Of a stretch of 64,000 nucleotides of DNA, positions 11,714 through 21,900 are shown one piece after another; positions within the stretch are counted from its first letter, which is position 1; each line of letters begins with the position of its first letter. The stretch covers positions 64,001 through 128,000 of the forward strand of contig JBNKBE010000009.1 in assembly GCA_050287085.1 (NCBI GenBank), written 5' to 3'. The position numbers and the translations under genes were made by a program. The DNA comes from Polyangiaceae bacterium. Lineage in GTDB: Bacteria; Myxococcota_A; Polyangia; Polyangiales; Polyangiaceae. The notes under the pieces were generated by a model. The model made no database searches. It saw nothing but the letters and a program-made list of their open reading frames with translations, and had not been told where the DNA came from.

Positions 11714-12378
11714 TATTCAATCACCCCCAACAAGACGGCTACCGGCATCGAGATGTTGCCGACAATAACCAGAAGCGCCAAGGACTGGGGAATGACCTGA
11801 CGCCACATGTTGTAGCGGGGGTGGCTGAGTCCCAGGGTCTGAAACAGACTCCACGCCCCATGGTAGATATGAAAGCCGAGCAGCACCTGGGCGATCACGT
11901 AGATGCCCGTTACCCAGGGGATCTGAAAGCTAGCGACGAAAGCCGCGTACACGTCGTGATGGTCGTGAACGTAGTCCCCCATCGGCACACCAGGGAACGT
12001 GAAGTGGACCAGATGGTACAGTATGAACGCTGCGAGCATGGGCCCGGTGAGCTTCATGGTTCGGGCCGCATAGGTCGTGACCGCGCTGGTCTGCACGCGG
12101 TACGCATGCGGTCGCGCCGCCTGGGCCTGACGAACCAGGAGGATGGTGAAATAGGCATGAAGAGCCACCGAGCCCAAGACGATGAGGCGCATCACCCAAA
12201 GGATGGGCCCCAGAGATTGCATCGTTTCGGCGTAGTGGTTGTAGACTTCGGGTCCGAGAAAGATCTGAAGATTGCCGATCATGTGGGCAATCACGAAACC
12301 GAAGAGCACCAGTCCGGTGACGGCGACAATCGCCTTTTTACCGATGCTGGTATCGGTAAGCGTTAGCGTGCGTTGCAT
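11713..12378 (-). CDS. sdhC: Succinate dehydrogenase cytochrome b subunit (five-TM type)
   Basis: [18 protein letters not shown]; heme-ligand histidines in the TM segments; coupled to sdhA. Confidence 0.92.
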
Positions 12379-12499
12379 GGCGACGCGACCTTAGTCAGAA
12401 GCTTCGCGGGCGCCCAGATCTTTCCGGCTTTTGCCTGCGCGAGTTCCCGCGAGCCGGTAGCGGACGCAGCTCCCTTCCGCGCGACCTACCGGCCGTCTG

Positions 12500-13315
12500 T
12501 CAGGAAGCCTCCTCGAGCGCGAACAATCCGCGCGCGTTTTGCGTAGATTGGGCCGCGAGCGTCGCAGGAGCCACCCCTCGGAGAGCGGCGATCGAATGGG
12601 CCACCTGCAACACCGTTGCGGGTTCGTTTCGCACGCCTCGCCCCTCCGGGGCCTGGTCGGGCGCGTCGGTCTCCAGAAGCAGGCGGCCATCTTGGATTCG
12701 GCTGGCGGCCGCTCGCATTCTACGCGCCCGCTCGTCCAATACGCCGGCCCCAAAACCACAATAGAAGCCCACCCGCTGCAATCGCTGCATCGACTCGATC
12801 GACCCGGAAAACGCGTGTAGGACGCCACCACGACGGGGGCGAATGCGCTCCAGAAGAGCCAGCACCTCCCCGAGCCCGCGTACGGCGTGCACAATGAGCG
12901 GCAGCTGAACTCGCTCCGCCAGCTCCACTTGGAACTGCAGGGCGCGGCGCTGAAGCGCCACGGAAGCCACATAGCGGGGCCGGCGATCGAGACCACACTC
13001 CCCGATGGCAACTGGCCGCTCCCGGGCCACCCGCTCGGGCAACGCTCGGAGCGCACTCAGGACCTCCGCTTCGCTCGCCGAGGCAACCCAATGCGGATGC
13101 AGCCCGACCGCGGTGCTCAGCCGAATCCGAGAATGGAAAGGCAAGCGGAGAGGCTCCGGCCCACAGCCGGGCACAACGATCCATTCGACCCCCGCTGCAG
13201 CGGCCCGATCCAACACCCGAGCCCGGTCGGAATTGAACTCCGGGAAGTCCAGATGACAGTGGGTGTCCACTAAGGGAAGAGCCGAGCGATTGAAAACCCG
13301 CGGCCCCTGCCCCAA
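12500..13315 (-). CDS. tatD: TatD-family metal-dependent hydrolase/DNase
   Basis: DTHCHLD, GLHP, AIGECGLD, HAFSGS, LLETDAP, RNEP; start uncertain (TTG 13315 chosen). Confidence 0.9.
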   Translation of the reverse strand: MGQGPRVFNRSALPLVDTHCHLDFPEFNSDRARVLDRAAAAGVEWIVVPGCGPEPLRLPFHSRIRLSTAVGLHPHWVASASEAEVLSALRALPERVARERPVAIGECGLDRRPRYVASVALQRRALQFQVELAERVQLPLIVHAVRGLGEVLALLERIRPRRGGVLHAFSGSIESMQRLQRVGFYCGFGAGVLDERARRMRAAASRIQDGRLLLETDAPDQAPEGRGVRNEPATVLQVAHSIAALRGVAPATLAAQSTQNARGLFALEEAS

Positions 13316-13328
13316 CGCGCGGCTCAGC

Positions 13329-14762
13329 TCAACAGGCACCGTGGTGGCCGGGCCTCGAGAAGATCTTGCCTGGATTGAGCAACCAACCAGGATCAAACGT
13401 GCCCTTGAGTCGCTGTTGCAGCGCGATCAGTGCCGCGGACTGTTCGATTGGCAGGTAGGGCGCCTTGGTCAGACCGATGCCATGCTCCCCGCTCAAGGTG
13501 CCGCCGAGCCGTACCGTGATGCGGAACAGCTCCTCTACCGCTTGGTCTACCCGCCTCTTCTCATCGTCGTCGTCGTAGAGGAAGTTGAAATGCAGGTTGC
13601 CATCCCCCGCATGACCGTACGCAAGGGAACGCACCTGGTGCCGCTCCGCGCTGGCTTCAGCCGCCTCGAGCAACGCTCCCAATTGGCGGCGCGGCACTGC
13701 GACGTCTTCACTGACCTTGGCGCGGGCAAGTCGGCGCACAGCATGACTCATCTCTCGCCGCGCTGCCCATAGCCGGGCGCGCTGTGCCTCATCCTGAGCC
13801 ACCAGCACTTCAAAGGCGCCGGCCGCGTCAAGCGCAGCGCCAATGCGCTCCATCTCGCGATCGACGGTGACTGTATCGCCGTCGACTTCGACCACCAGCA
13901 TAGCGGCAGCTCGCTCGTCGATCGCGTTGCCGGCCCTCCGCACCGCAGCCAGGGTCAAGGCGTCCAAGAACTCGATGCAGCGCGGCGTCAGCCCCGTCGC
14001 AAGAACCGCTTCGGTGGCGTTTGCAATGGCGCGAGGCTCGGAGAAAAGCGCCAGCAGGGTCCGCACTTGCTCGGGCCGTGGAACGAGCCGCAACGTCAGC
14101 TCGGTCGTAACGGCAAGCGTTCCCTCACTGCCCACCAAGAGCCCGGCCATATCGTAGCCAGTAACGCCCTTGGTGGTGCGACGCCCCGCGAAGATCGCGT
14201 CGCCGCCGATCAGACAAGCCGAAAGCCCCAGAACGTAGTCGCGAGTCACGCCATACTTGAGCGCACGGGGACCCCCGGCGTTGGTAGCCGCATTTCCCCC
14301 GATCGTACACGTCGCTTGAGAGTTGGGATCCGGAGGATAAAAGAGCCCCGCCGCTTCGGCTGCGCGATGCAGCTCCCCAAGCACCACCCCCGGCTCGACA
14401 ACAGCGATCCGCTCCACCGGATCAAGCTCTTTGATAGCGTTCATCCCCGTGGTCACCAGCACCAACCCGCCTGCAACCGCCACGGCCCCGCCGACCCGGC
14501 TGGTGCCAGCCGCGCGCGGCGTCACGGGAAGCTCAAAACGCTGACAGATGGCCAGCGTCTTGGCGACCACCGTCGGATCCTGCGCCAACACCACGCCACA
14601 TGGCAGCGGCCCGTCGAGCCCCGAGTCGTCAGTGCGCAGAGCTTCACGCGCTTCCTCGTGAGTGAGCACGGACGAAGCGCCGAGCTGGCGATGTAGCTCG
14701 ATCAAAGCACGCTCGGCGCGCCGCGCCGAGCCCGCCTCCGTCGCCGCGCGGGGATCGCCCAC
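13329..14762 (-). CDS. FAD-linked oxidase, GlcD/D-2-hydroxyacid dehydrogenase family
   Basis: YPPDPNS, TIGGNAATNAGG, KYGVTRDYV, GSEGTL, HAGDGNLH, SGEHGIG, NPGKIF. Confidence 0.9.
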   Translation of the reverse strand: MGDPRAATEAGSARRAERALIELHRQLGASSVLTHEEAREALRTDDSGLDGPLPCGVVLAQDPTVVAKTLAICQRFELPVTPRAAGTSRVGGAVAVAGGLVLVTTGMNAIKELDPVERIAVVEPGVVLGELHRAAEAAGLFYPPDPNSQATCTIGGNAATNAGGPRALKYGVTRDYVLGLSACLIGGDAIFAGRRTTKGVTGYDMAGLLVGSEGTLAVTTELTLRLVPRPEQVRTLLALFSEPRAIANATEAVLATGLTPRCIEFLDALTLAAVRRAGNAIDERAAAMLVVEVDGDTVTVDREMERIGAALDAAGAFEVLVAQDEAQRARLWAARREMSHAVRRLARAKVSEDVAVPRRQLGALLEAAEASAERHQVRSLAYGHAGDGNLHFNFLYDDDDEKRRVDQAVEELFRITVRLGGTLSGEHGIGLTKAPYLPIEQSAALIALQQRLKGTFDPGWLLNPGKIFSRPGHHGAC

Positions 14763-14939
14763 TCAGCGTCGCCCCTTGAAGCCCATCATCTGTTGGATCG
14801 CCGCCTCGCTATCCCGCGCCATCTGCTCGTCCTGTTCAGCTTGTTCTGCGCAGTCCTCACAGACCCGCTGGCGCCGCCCATCGATAGTCACCGTCACGAG
14901 CTCGTCTACCTCTTCTTGGCATGCCTTACAGATGGCCAT
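14763..14939 (-). CDS. 58-aa small protein with two CxxC motifs (putative metal-binding ribbon)
   Basis: MAICKACQEEVDELVTVTIDGRRQRVCEDC...MMGFKGRR; its stop abuts the GTG start of the GlcD-like gene. Confidence 0.75.
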   Translation of the reverse strand: MAICKACQEEVDELVTVTIDGRRQRVCEDCAEQAEQDEQMARDSEAAIQQMMGFKGRR

Positions 14940-15080
14940 GCGGACATAATAGTCGCCGAAGCCTCCGAGCGAAAGCGGGCTGGAGCCGCTCGACTCACGA
15001 CCGTGTCGGTTCACGGGACTCAAGACAGCCGTGGGGAATGTCGCCGATTGCGCTTGGTCGGCCAGTGAAGGTGCCCTATC

Positions 15081-16406
15081 GTGCGCGGCCCTATGACGAC
15101 GGACGTGGCGGCGGACGCAACAACTCGAAACGACGGCCTCATGAAGGCCCTGGGCCCCGGTTTGGTGTTTGCCGCAGCCGCAGTGGGCGTCTCGCATCTG
15201 GTTCAGAGCACCCGGGCAGGAGCCCAATACGGCCTAGCCTTGCTCGGCTTCGTCGCGATCGCCAACGCGACAAAGTACCCGGCTTTTCGCTTCGGTCCGG
15301 AATACGCCGCCGCCACGGGTACCTCGTTGCTCGAAGGCTACCGCAAACAAGGTCGTTGGGCGCTAGCGCTCTACGCCCTGGTCACCGTGGCCACGATGTT
15401 TACGGTTCAGGCGGCGGTCACCGTGGTGACCGCCGGCCTCGCGCTCGCGACCTTCGGCCTGACCATCTCTCCGCTTGCCATCTCCGCGGTACTGATGGTG
15501 CTGTGTCTCGGACTGCTTGCCCTAGGCAACTACCGCTGGTTGGACCTGGCCACGAAGGTGCTAGTGGTGGTGTTCACAATCGCTACTCTCACCGCAACGC
15601 TGATGGTGCTTGGACGCATCGCGTGGACGGGCCCGTGGTGGCCAACGCTCACGACCACTGCCAGCGACGGAGCAAGCCATCTAGACGTCGCGGGGCTGAT
15701 GTTCATCGCTGCATTTGTCGGCTGGATGCCCGCGCCAATCGACATCGCAGTCTGGCAAAGCCTGTGGACTCTCGCCCGAGAAAAGGACACTGCGCACCCG
15801 CCAACGCTACGGGAAGCGCGCGTCGACTTCCATGTCGGATACCTGGGCAGCGTAGTGCTCGCCGTCTGTTTCGTGCTGATGGGAGCCGGTGTGATGTACG
15901 GCTCGGGCCGGGAATTCTCGAGCTCGGCAAGCCAGTTCGCCGCGGACGTCATTGGCCTCTATACGGAGACGCTCGGCCCCGCGAGCGGGATCATCATCGG
16001 CATAGCGGCCTTCGCGGTGATGTTCTCAACGACTCTAACCGTCATCGACGGCTTTCCACGGGCCCTCTCGACGCTCTACGCCCGGATGCGCAGTGCCGAA
16101 GAGCCCCACACAAGTGTCGACGCGGCCTCCACCCGCAGCTACTGGGTCAGCGCCCTTGTACTTCTGCTCGGTGCGCTGGCGGTCTTGGCGCTTTTCATGA
16201 CCAGCTTGAAAGCCTTTGTCGATCTCGCGACGACCCTTTCCTTCCTCACGGCTCCTGCGCTAGCGGGACTCAACCATCGCGTGATCACCGCACCTGAAGT
16301 GCCAGCCGAAGCTCGCCCAACCGGCCGCCTGCGTGCCTTCAGCTTGGCGTGCATCGTATTTCACACGTTATTCGCTCTTGGCTACCTGTACGTGCGCTTC
16401 GGATGA
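15081..16406 (+). CDS. NRAMP-like divalent metal cation transporter
   Basis: LGPGLVFAAAAVGVSHLVQSTRAGA, KYPAFRFG, GWMPAPID, MFSTTLTVIDG; polytopic. Confidence 0.85.
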   Translation: MRGPMTTDVAADATTRNDGLMKALGPGLVFAAAAVGVSHLVQSTRAGAQYGLALLGFVAIANATKYPAFRFGPEYAAATGTSLLEGYRKQGRWALALYALVTVATMFTVQAAVTVVTAGLALATFGLTISPLAISAVLMVLCLGLLALGNYRWLDLATKVLVVVFTIATLTATLMVLGRIAWTGPWWPTLTTTASDGASHLDVAGLMFIAAFVGWMPAPIDIAVWQSLWTLAREKDTAHPPTLREARVDFHVGYLGSVVLAVCFVLMGAGVMYGSGREFSSSASQFAADVIGLYTETLGPASGIIIGIAAFAVMFSTTLTVIDGFPRALSTLYARMRSAEEPHTSVDAASTRSYWVSALVLLLGALAVLALFMTSLKAFVDLATTLSFLTAPALAGLNHRVITAPEVPAEARPTGRLRAFSLACIVFHTLFALGYLYVRFG

Positions 16407-17644
16407 GCTGGCTTCCCATCACTAGCGGCGAGCGCGGAGCGCCCACCAGCGGCCCCGCCGACGCCCAACCCCCAAACGCGGTCTCCCTGGAACCCACGGC
16501 GAGAGCGCGCTGCTACCGCTGCTTCCGTCCGCAAGCGCTCTGCTACTGCGCTGACGTTCCGCAAATAGATAACGAGACGCCGATTATCATCCTGCAGCAT
16601 CCGCGCGAACGCTTCCATCCCATTGGTACGGCCCGCCTGGCCGCGCTCAGCCTCAAGCGCTGTGAGATCATCGTCAACAGTGACAGTCGCTTCGCGCGCG
16701 AGCCACTTCCTTTGCCGCAGGGCGCGGGACTGCTCTTTCCCGACGCGCACGCCCTGCCGCTGAGCCGCTTGCCCCCCAGCGCACGCCCCAGTGCGCTGGT
16801 CGTCTTGGATGGCACTTGGCATCACGCAAAAACGCTATTTCGCGACATCGACGCACTGCGCTCGCTGCCGCGCTACGCCTTTGTACCCCCACGACCCAGC
16901 CGCTATCGACTGCGCAAAGAGCCGCGAAGCGACTTCGTGTCTACGATCGAAGCCATCGCCTACGCCCTAACGGCCCTGGAACCCCAGACCCCAGGGCTCG
17001 ACAGACTGCTCGACGTATTTGAGCTCATGATCAATCGCCAGATCGAAGCTCAACCCACTGCTCTCGAAGGACGCAAGCGCAAGGCTGCGCGCCCCACCGC
17101 ACTGCGACGCCTTCCGCGCGCGTTTGCTGAGGACTTCTCTCGAGTGGTCGTCGCCTACGGCGAGGGGATCCGCGTCCCCACGGAGATGGGTGGCAGCCGC
17201 GGCGCTCGACGTCTGGTTCATTGGGTCGCCCGTCGACTCCGAGACGGTGCGGCTTTTGACGCACTGCTCGCCGACGGCGTGCAGTGCGGCGGAGACAGGC
17301 TGCGGTATCTGGGGCTCAGCCAGTCCGATCGCGCCAATGCCCTATCGCACCAGACCTTCCAGAACGCGTGGCAATCGTTCCTTCACCCGGACGACATTCT
17401 CGTGGGGTGGAACCAGGGCACCCTAGAGTTGCTCGACGACGTCGCGCCTTGGCGCGGGTCCTTGGCTTACCTCAAAGCGGCCTATCATGCAGTTCAGACC
17501 GTCCCCCCTGAACACGCAGGTGCGCCCGAGGACTTGGTCGCCTTTGAGCGCCTTACGCTTGAGAGCAGCGCGGTGCGGGGGCGAGCTGGCCTGCGCCTCG
17601 CAAACGCCGAGGCTCTGACGCGCTTCCTCGCGAAACGCGTCTGA
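16403..17644 (+). CDS. DTW-domain tRNA-uridine aminocarboxypropyltransferase (TapT/YfiP-like) with extra C-terminal domain
   Basis: CYRCFRP..LCYC, QHPRE, GTARL, LDGTW, YRLRKEP, STIEA; ATGA overlap with the transporter. Confidence 0.85.
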   Translation: MSWLPITSGERGAPTSGPADAQPPNAVSLEPTARARCYRCFRPQALCYCADVPQIDNETPIIILQHPRERFHPIGTARLAALSLKRCEIIVNSDSRFAREPLPLPQGAGLLFPDAHALPLSRLPPSARPSALVVLDGTWHHAKTLFRDIDALRSLPRYAFVPPRPSRYRLRKEPRSDFVSTIEAIAYALTALEPQTPGLDRLLDVFELMINRQIEAQPTALEGRKRKAARPTALRRLPRAFAEDFSRVVVAYGEGIRVPTEMGGSRGARRLVHWVARRLRDGAAFDALLADGVQCGGDRLRYLGLSQSDRANALSHQTFQNAWQSFLHPDDILVGWNQGTLELLDDVAPWRGSLAYLKAAYHAVQTVPPEHAGAPEDLVAFERLTLESSAVRGRAGLRLANAEALTRFLAKRV

Positions 17645-17669
17645 AGGCACATGGCACGTCCCGTAGCGG

Positions 17670-18269
17670 CTAGCGACAGCTAAGCATGCCCGGCGCCAGG
17701 TGGCAGACGCCGTTGTAGCTCTGCAGGATGGCCCGACCCTTGACCACAACAAAGGTCGTGATGCCACAGTGATGCGTGCCTAGCCGCATCCACGTCGTAC
17801 GTGGGGCGCCCAAATTGCGAGCCACAAGATATCGAATCAGGTTTCCATGGCAGACTACAACGTCGTGCCGAACTCCGCGCACTCCCGATAAGAACGCTCT
17901 TTCGGCACGGAGCACCGACTCTTCACCCGCTTTTCTATCCTTGAGGGGCACCTTGAGGTACGGCACGCGAGTGGGCACGACTTCCCGAAGGAAGCGATGC
18001 GCCCTAGGGCGCTCGGTCTTCAGGAACGTGGGATCCAAGTGCTGCAAGAGCAGGGCCGCAGTCTCGCGAGCTCGCCCGAAATCGCTACAATGGACGTGAG
18101 CTACGGGCCAACGCGCCAGAAAACGCCCGGTGGCGTGGGCTTGCTTTTGGCCCAGTCGCGTCAGTTGTCCTCCCAGAACGCCCTCCTGATGCTCGTACTG
18201 GCCGTGCCGCACCCAGTGCACAACCCGCCCCCACTGAAACGGATCAATCGGCTTTGACGTCTGTGACAT
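17670..18269 (-). CDS. Histidine phosphatase superfamily protein (PGAM5-like)
   Basis: VRHGQY, LTRLGQKQA, SDFGRARETA, VCHGNLIRY. Confidence 0.88.
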   Translation of the reverse strand: MSQTSKPIDPFQWGRVVHWVRHGQYEHQEGVLGGQLTRLGQKQAHATGRFLARWPVAHVHCSDFGRARETAALLLQHLDPTFLKTERPRAHRFLREVVPTRVPYLKVPLKDRKAGEESVLRAERAFLSGVRGVRHDVVVCHGNLIRYLVARNLGAPRTTWMRLGTHHCGITTFVVVKGRAILQSYNGVCHLAPGMLSCR

Positions 18270-18364
18270 GGGTGCTGAAGCCTACCATTGCTATCGTGGC
18301 AACCAGGGCTTGGTTTGTGACGTCCAAAAAGAACGGTGGCAAGGCGGTCAAGGCGGTCCCTACG

Positions 18365-19690
18365 CTAACCACCGGCACCGCTCGCCGGCGCTTCGAGTCG
18401 CCGTCCCAAGAATCGTTCCATGACGACGCAGGCGGTTTGATCCCCCGTCACATTGACCACTGTTCGACACATGTCAAGCAAACGGTCAACGCCGAAGATG
18501 AGGGCAATACCGCTCCCCGGAACACCGTTCGACTCCAAAATGCCGGCCAGCACAACGATGCCCACGCCGGGGGTTCCGGGTGTCCCAATCGAGGCCAGAA
18601 TAGCGGTTCCGAGTATCGATAGAACTGCAATTAACGAGGTTTCCACGCCAAAGACCTGCATCAGGAATATCGCCGCCACGGCCTGATAGGCCGCGGTACC
18701 ATCCATGTTCACCGTCGCGCCGAGCGGAACAATAAAACGGCTCACACCTGGACTGACGTTGAGCTTCAGCTCAGCGGTTCGAATGCTGAGTGGCATGACC
18801 GCAGCCGACGAAGATGTCGAGAAAGCCATGAGCTGAAGCTCCCGCACCGCCTTGAAGAACTCGAGCGCGGAACGGCGGGCAAGCCCCAGCAAAACGGCCG
18901 CGTAGAAAAGCACTATCGCCACCAGGGCCAACAAGACGACGCCACTATAGGCGGCGACGCTTATCAGAGCATCGATTCCTACCTGCATCGTGACGTTGGC
19001 CATCATGCCCATCACGCCGAGCGGTGCTAGCTTGAGCGCCCAGCCCACGATCGTCATGATCACTTCCTGGCAAAACTCCAAAGTGGCAATCGACGCCCTA
19101 GCTTGCTCTCCAATACCGTCTTGCCGTTCCTTCAACACGAGAATCGAAGCACCAAAGAAAGCCGCAAGGACTACGATCTGCAACATGTTGGCATGCGTCA
19201 AATCGAAGAATAAACCCGTCGGCAGCAGCCCCTTGATCTGTTGTCTCAAAGACAACTCGACACTGTCGAACGGCACCGCTTCCGCGGTGGCCATGACATG
19301 GTCTCGATAGGCTGGATCGATCTGTGCCCCGGGTTCCAGCAGCAGAGCGAGTCCGGAGCCAATGCTCACTGCCACTGCGGTAGTCATCAGAAAGTAGACA
19401 ACAATCGAGAAGCCAATGCGTCGAACCACGTCCAGGTTGTCGTTGCCCGCGATGCCCAGGGTCACGGCGATGAGCACCAGTGGAACCACCACCATCTTGA
19501 TCCCCCCGATGAAGACATCGCCGGGAATAGCCAAAGCGTCGGCGAGGGGGGGCGGAGCCCCAGCAGAACGCAGCGCAAGACCCACGAGCACGCCGAGTAT
19601 CATGCCAACCAAGACGAACAAGCCGAGACGATTGCCGGACGAGCCGCGCGCGTCACGTGGGGGCGCACCCCGGGTACCGCTCTGAACCAT
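18365..19690 (-). CDS. Dicarboxylate/amino acid:cation symporter (DAACS, GltP-like)
   Basis: AFSTSSSAAVMP, PLGATVNMDG, DRLLDMCRTVVNVTGD. Confidence 0.93.
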   Translation of the reverse strand: MVQSGTRGAPPRDARGSSGNRLGLFVLVGMILGVLVGLALRSAGAPPPLADALAIPGDVFIGGIKMVVVPLVLIAVTLGIAGNDNLDVVRRIGFSIVVYFLMTTAVAVSIGSGLALLLEPGAQIDPAYRDHVMATAEAVPFDSVELSLRQQIKGLLPTGLFFDLTHANMLQIVVLAAFFGASILVLKERQDGIGEQARASIATLEFCQEVIMTIVGWALKLAPLGVMGMMANVTMQVGIDALISVAAYSGVVLLALVAIVLFYAAVLLGLARRSALEFFKAVRELQLMAFSTSSSAAVMPLSIRTAELKLNVSPGVSRFIVPLGATVNMDGTAAYQAVAAIFLMQVFGVETSLIAVLSILGTAILASIGTPGTPGVGIVVLAGILESNGVPGSGIALIFGVDRLLDMCRTVVNVTGDQTACVVMERFLGRRLEAPASGAGG

Positions 19691-20012
19691 GTCGGCACCT
19701 TAGCCGAGGTGGGCCTAGCTTCCCACCAGGCGCTGCCCCCGGAGCGAGGCGTTTCCGGTCGGCTACCGATTAGGTCGTATGATTCGCGACCGAAGTGACA
19801 AGTCGGCCCATGGGGCGAGAACCCATCGATTCGCCATCGCTTCACCCCAACGGTGAGAATTGTTGATTCGCCGACCGGGAAAAAATTCCAACCAGCTGCC
19901 CGCGCGTCGATAGCCTGCTGAAGTTTGTTTCATTGGATGTGCCGGTCGCTTTGCGCGTTAGCTAGTGTACTGCAGCAGCGTCTGTTTCGGACGTTGAGGA
20001 GCTGAACCTGGA

Positions 20013-21671
20013 ATGAACACCCACCGCACCCTGACCTCCGTTGCTCTTTCGTCGCTCACAACTGTTCTGCCGTTAGCGGTTGTCGTGCCCTTTGCGCTGC
20101 TCGCATGCGGCGGCGCTGAGTCTTCGGCACCGGCTACCTCCGCTGGAGAAACGGGCGTTGGGGCCTCTACCGCGGGCACCGAGGCAACCGCCGGCACTGG
20201 TGGGACCCCCACGGCGGGTGGCACTGCCGGAGCAAATCCCATCGCGGGCGCCGGCGGTACACCCGACAGCGGCACTGGCGGAAACGCTCCAGTGGCAGGA
20301 GCCGGCGGCGTTGGGCCCGACTCGGGTGGAGAGCCCGCCAATGTAGCGGGTGGGTCTGGCCCCGTCACAGAAGGTGGCGCGGGCGGTGGAGCGGTACCCG
20401 GGGAATGCATGATCCTCCCGACGCACGAATTGAGCGAGGCCATTAGCAGCGTGGGTATCGTGACCTTCACGACTGATCTTGCAGCAGTCGAAGAAGGAAG
20501 GATTGAGTTTTGGCTCGACGGGGATGATGACAACAAGCTGGTTGCACCCGTCAATCTAGACGCCGCCAACTACCGCACGCTCCTGCTCGGAATGAAAGGC
20601 GACCGCTACGACTATCACTACCGCGTGGTACTCACGGGTGGCGGCATCACGTGCACCAGCGAAGAAGAGACGATCACGACGGGTGACATCCCGCAAGGGC
20701 TGCCTTTCATCACCGCTACCGCACCCCAGCGGGGAGAGCCCGCAAAGGGCTTCATTCTGACGTCCGGTGGCTTGGGTGGTGGCTTCGGTCCCAGCCAAGG
20801 CGGTGGCGCACCCATCTACATATTCGATACCGATGGCGACCTCGTGTGGTGGGGTTCTGGCGCTCCCCAAGCAGGACGCGCTCACATGGACTGGGACGGC
20901 GAGTGGGTCTATTCGATGACGCTCAACTTTCCGGAGGCGCAGGGCAAGATGGAGCGCCTTTCCATCGACGGCACGGTCAAGGAAGACCTCAACAACATCA
21001 CGCGCGGCCACCACGACTTCACGGTGGCCCCTGGAGGAGTCGTAACGGTTCTGACATGGACGGACACCTGCTGTGCAGTCGTCGAGCGCGCCGCCGACGG
21101 TACGCTGTCTACCGTCGTGCCTGACGTTTCCGCTATCTACGCACCGGCGGGCGGAGGATTCGGCGGCAACGACTGTCACACCAACGCGATCAGCTACCAG
21201 GCGGGGGACGATACCTACGTACTATCGGACAGAAATCCGAACCTCTATGTCAGGATATCGCGTCAGGGCGAATTGCTCTGGCAGCTCGGCGGAAACAATC
21301 CGAAGGGAGAGCACATTGAGGCTACGTGGCAGGTAAATCACGGCCACCACCTCACCCAGAGCGGCCTCATGCTGATCTTCAACAACGGCAATATGGGCGC
21401 CTCTCCCGCCCTTGGGTTCATGCTTGATCAGGAGAACTACACGGCCCAGGAGGTCTTCCGCTACACGTCGAACCAGAACAGCGGCACATTGGGCGACGTT
21501 CAACGCCTGCCCAACGGCAACACGCTCATCACCTATTCGAACCAGGGGATCATGCACGAGGTGGATGCGAATCAGGAACTGATCCGCACCTTCAGCACTG
21601 ATACCGCGTCGTTTGGCTATGCCGAATACCGCGAGACCCTCTACGGTCCTCCCCTCAAGGCCCGCATGTAG
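20013..21671 (+). CDS. Lipoprotein with arylsulfotransferase (ASST-like) beta-propeller
   Basis: Lipobox LLAC, Gly/Thr linker, HHDF, HTNAI, LSDRN, WQLGG, GDVQRLPNGNTLI. Confidence 0.8.
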   Translation: MNTHRTLTSVALSSLTTVLPLAVVVPFALLACGGAESSAPATSAGETGVGASTAGTEATAGTGGTPTAGGTAGANPIAGAGGTPDSGTGGNAPVAGAGGVGPDSGGEPANVAGGSGPVTEGGAGGGAVPGECMILPTHELSEAISSVGIVTFTTDLAAVEEGRIEFWLDGDDDNKLVAPVNLDAANYRTLLLGMKGDRYDYHYRVVLTGGGITCTSEEETITTGDIPQGLPFITATAPQRGEPAKGFILTSGGLGGGFGPSQGGGAPIYIFDTDGDLVWWGSGAPQAGRAHMDWDGEWVYSMTLNFPEAQGKMERLSIDGTVKEDLNNITRGHHDFTVAPGGVVTVLTWTDTCCAVVERAADGTLSTVVPDVSAIYAPAGGGFGGNDCHTNAISYQAGDDTYVLSDRNPNLYVRISRQGELLWQLGGNNPKGEHIEATWQVNHGHHLTQSGLMLIFNNGNMGASPALGFMLDQENYTAQEVFRYTSNQNSGTLGDVQRLPNGNTLITYSNQGIMHEVDANQELIRTFSTDTASFGYAEYRETLYGPPLKARM

Positions 21672-21900
21672 GAGTCGAGCTTGGGCACAACGCCAGCTCG
21701 CATGCAAACGCCGCTTCGCTTTCGGATGCGTCCGCCGCAGCAATACTTGCTAACAGCGGGATCTCGCTGCGGATGCCTCGATCCGCCCTGGTTCGGGGCG
21801 CGGCAATCCTGCATGGCCTTCGTGCGCCGCGCCTGCTAGATTCGTTGCACGGTCTGCACCCAAGTTTCTTCTTTTCTTCCCCTTAGCTCCTAGTCGACTC

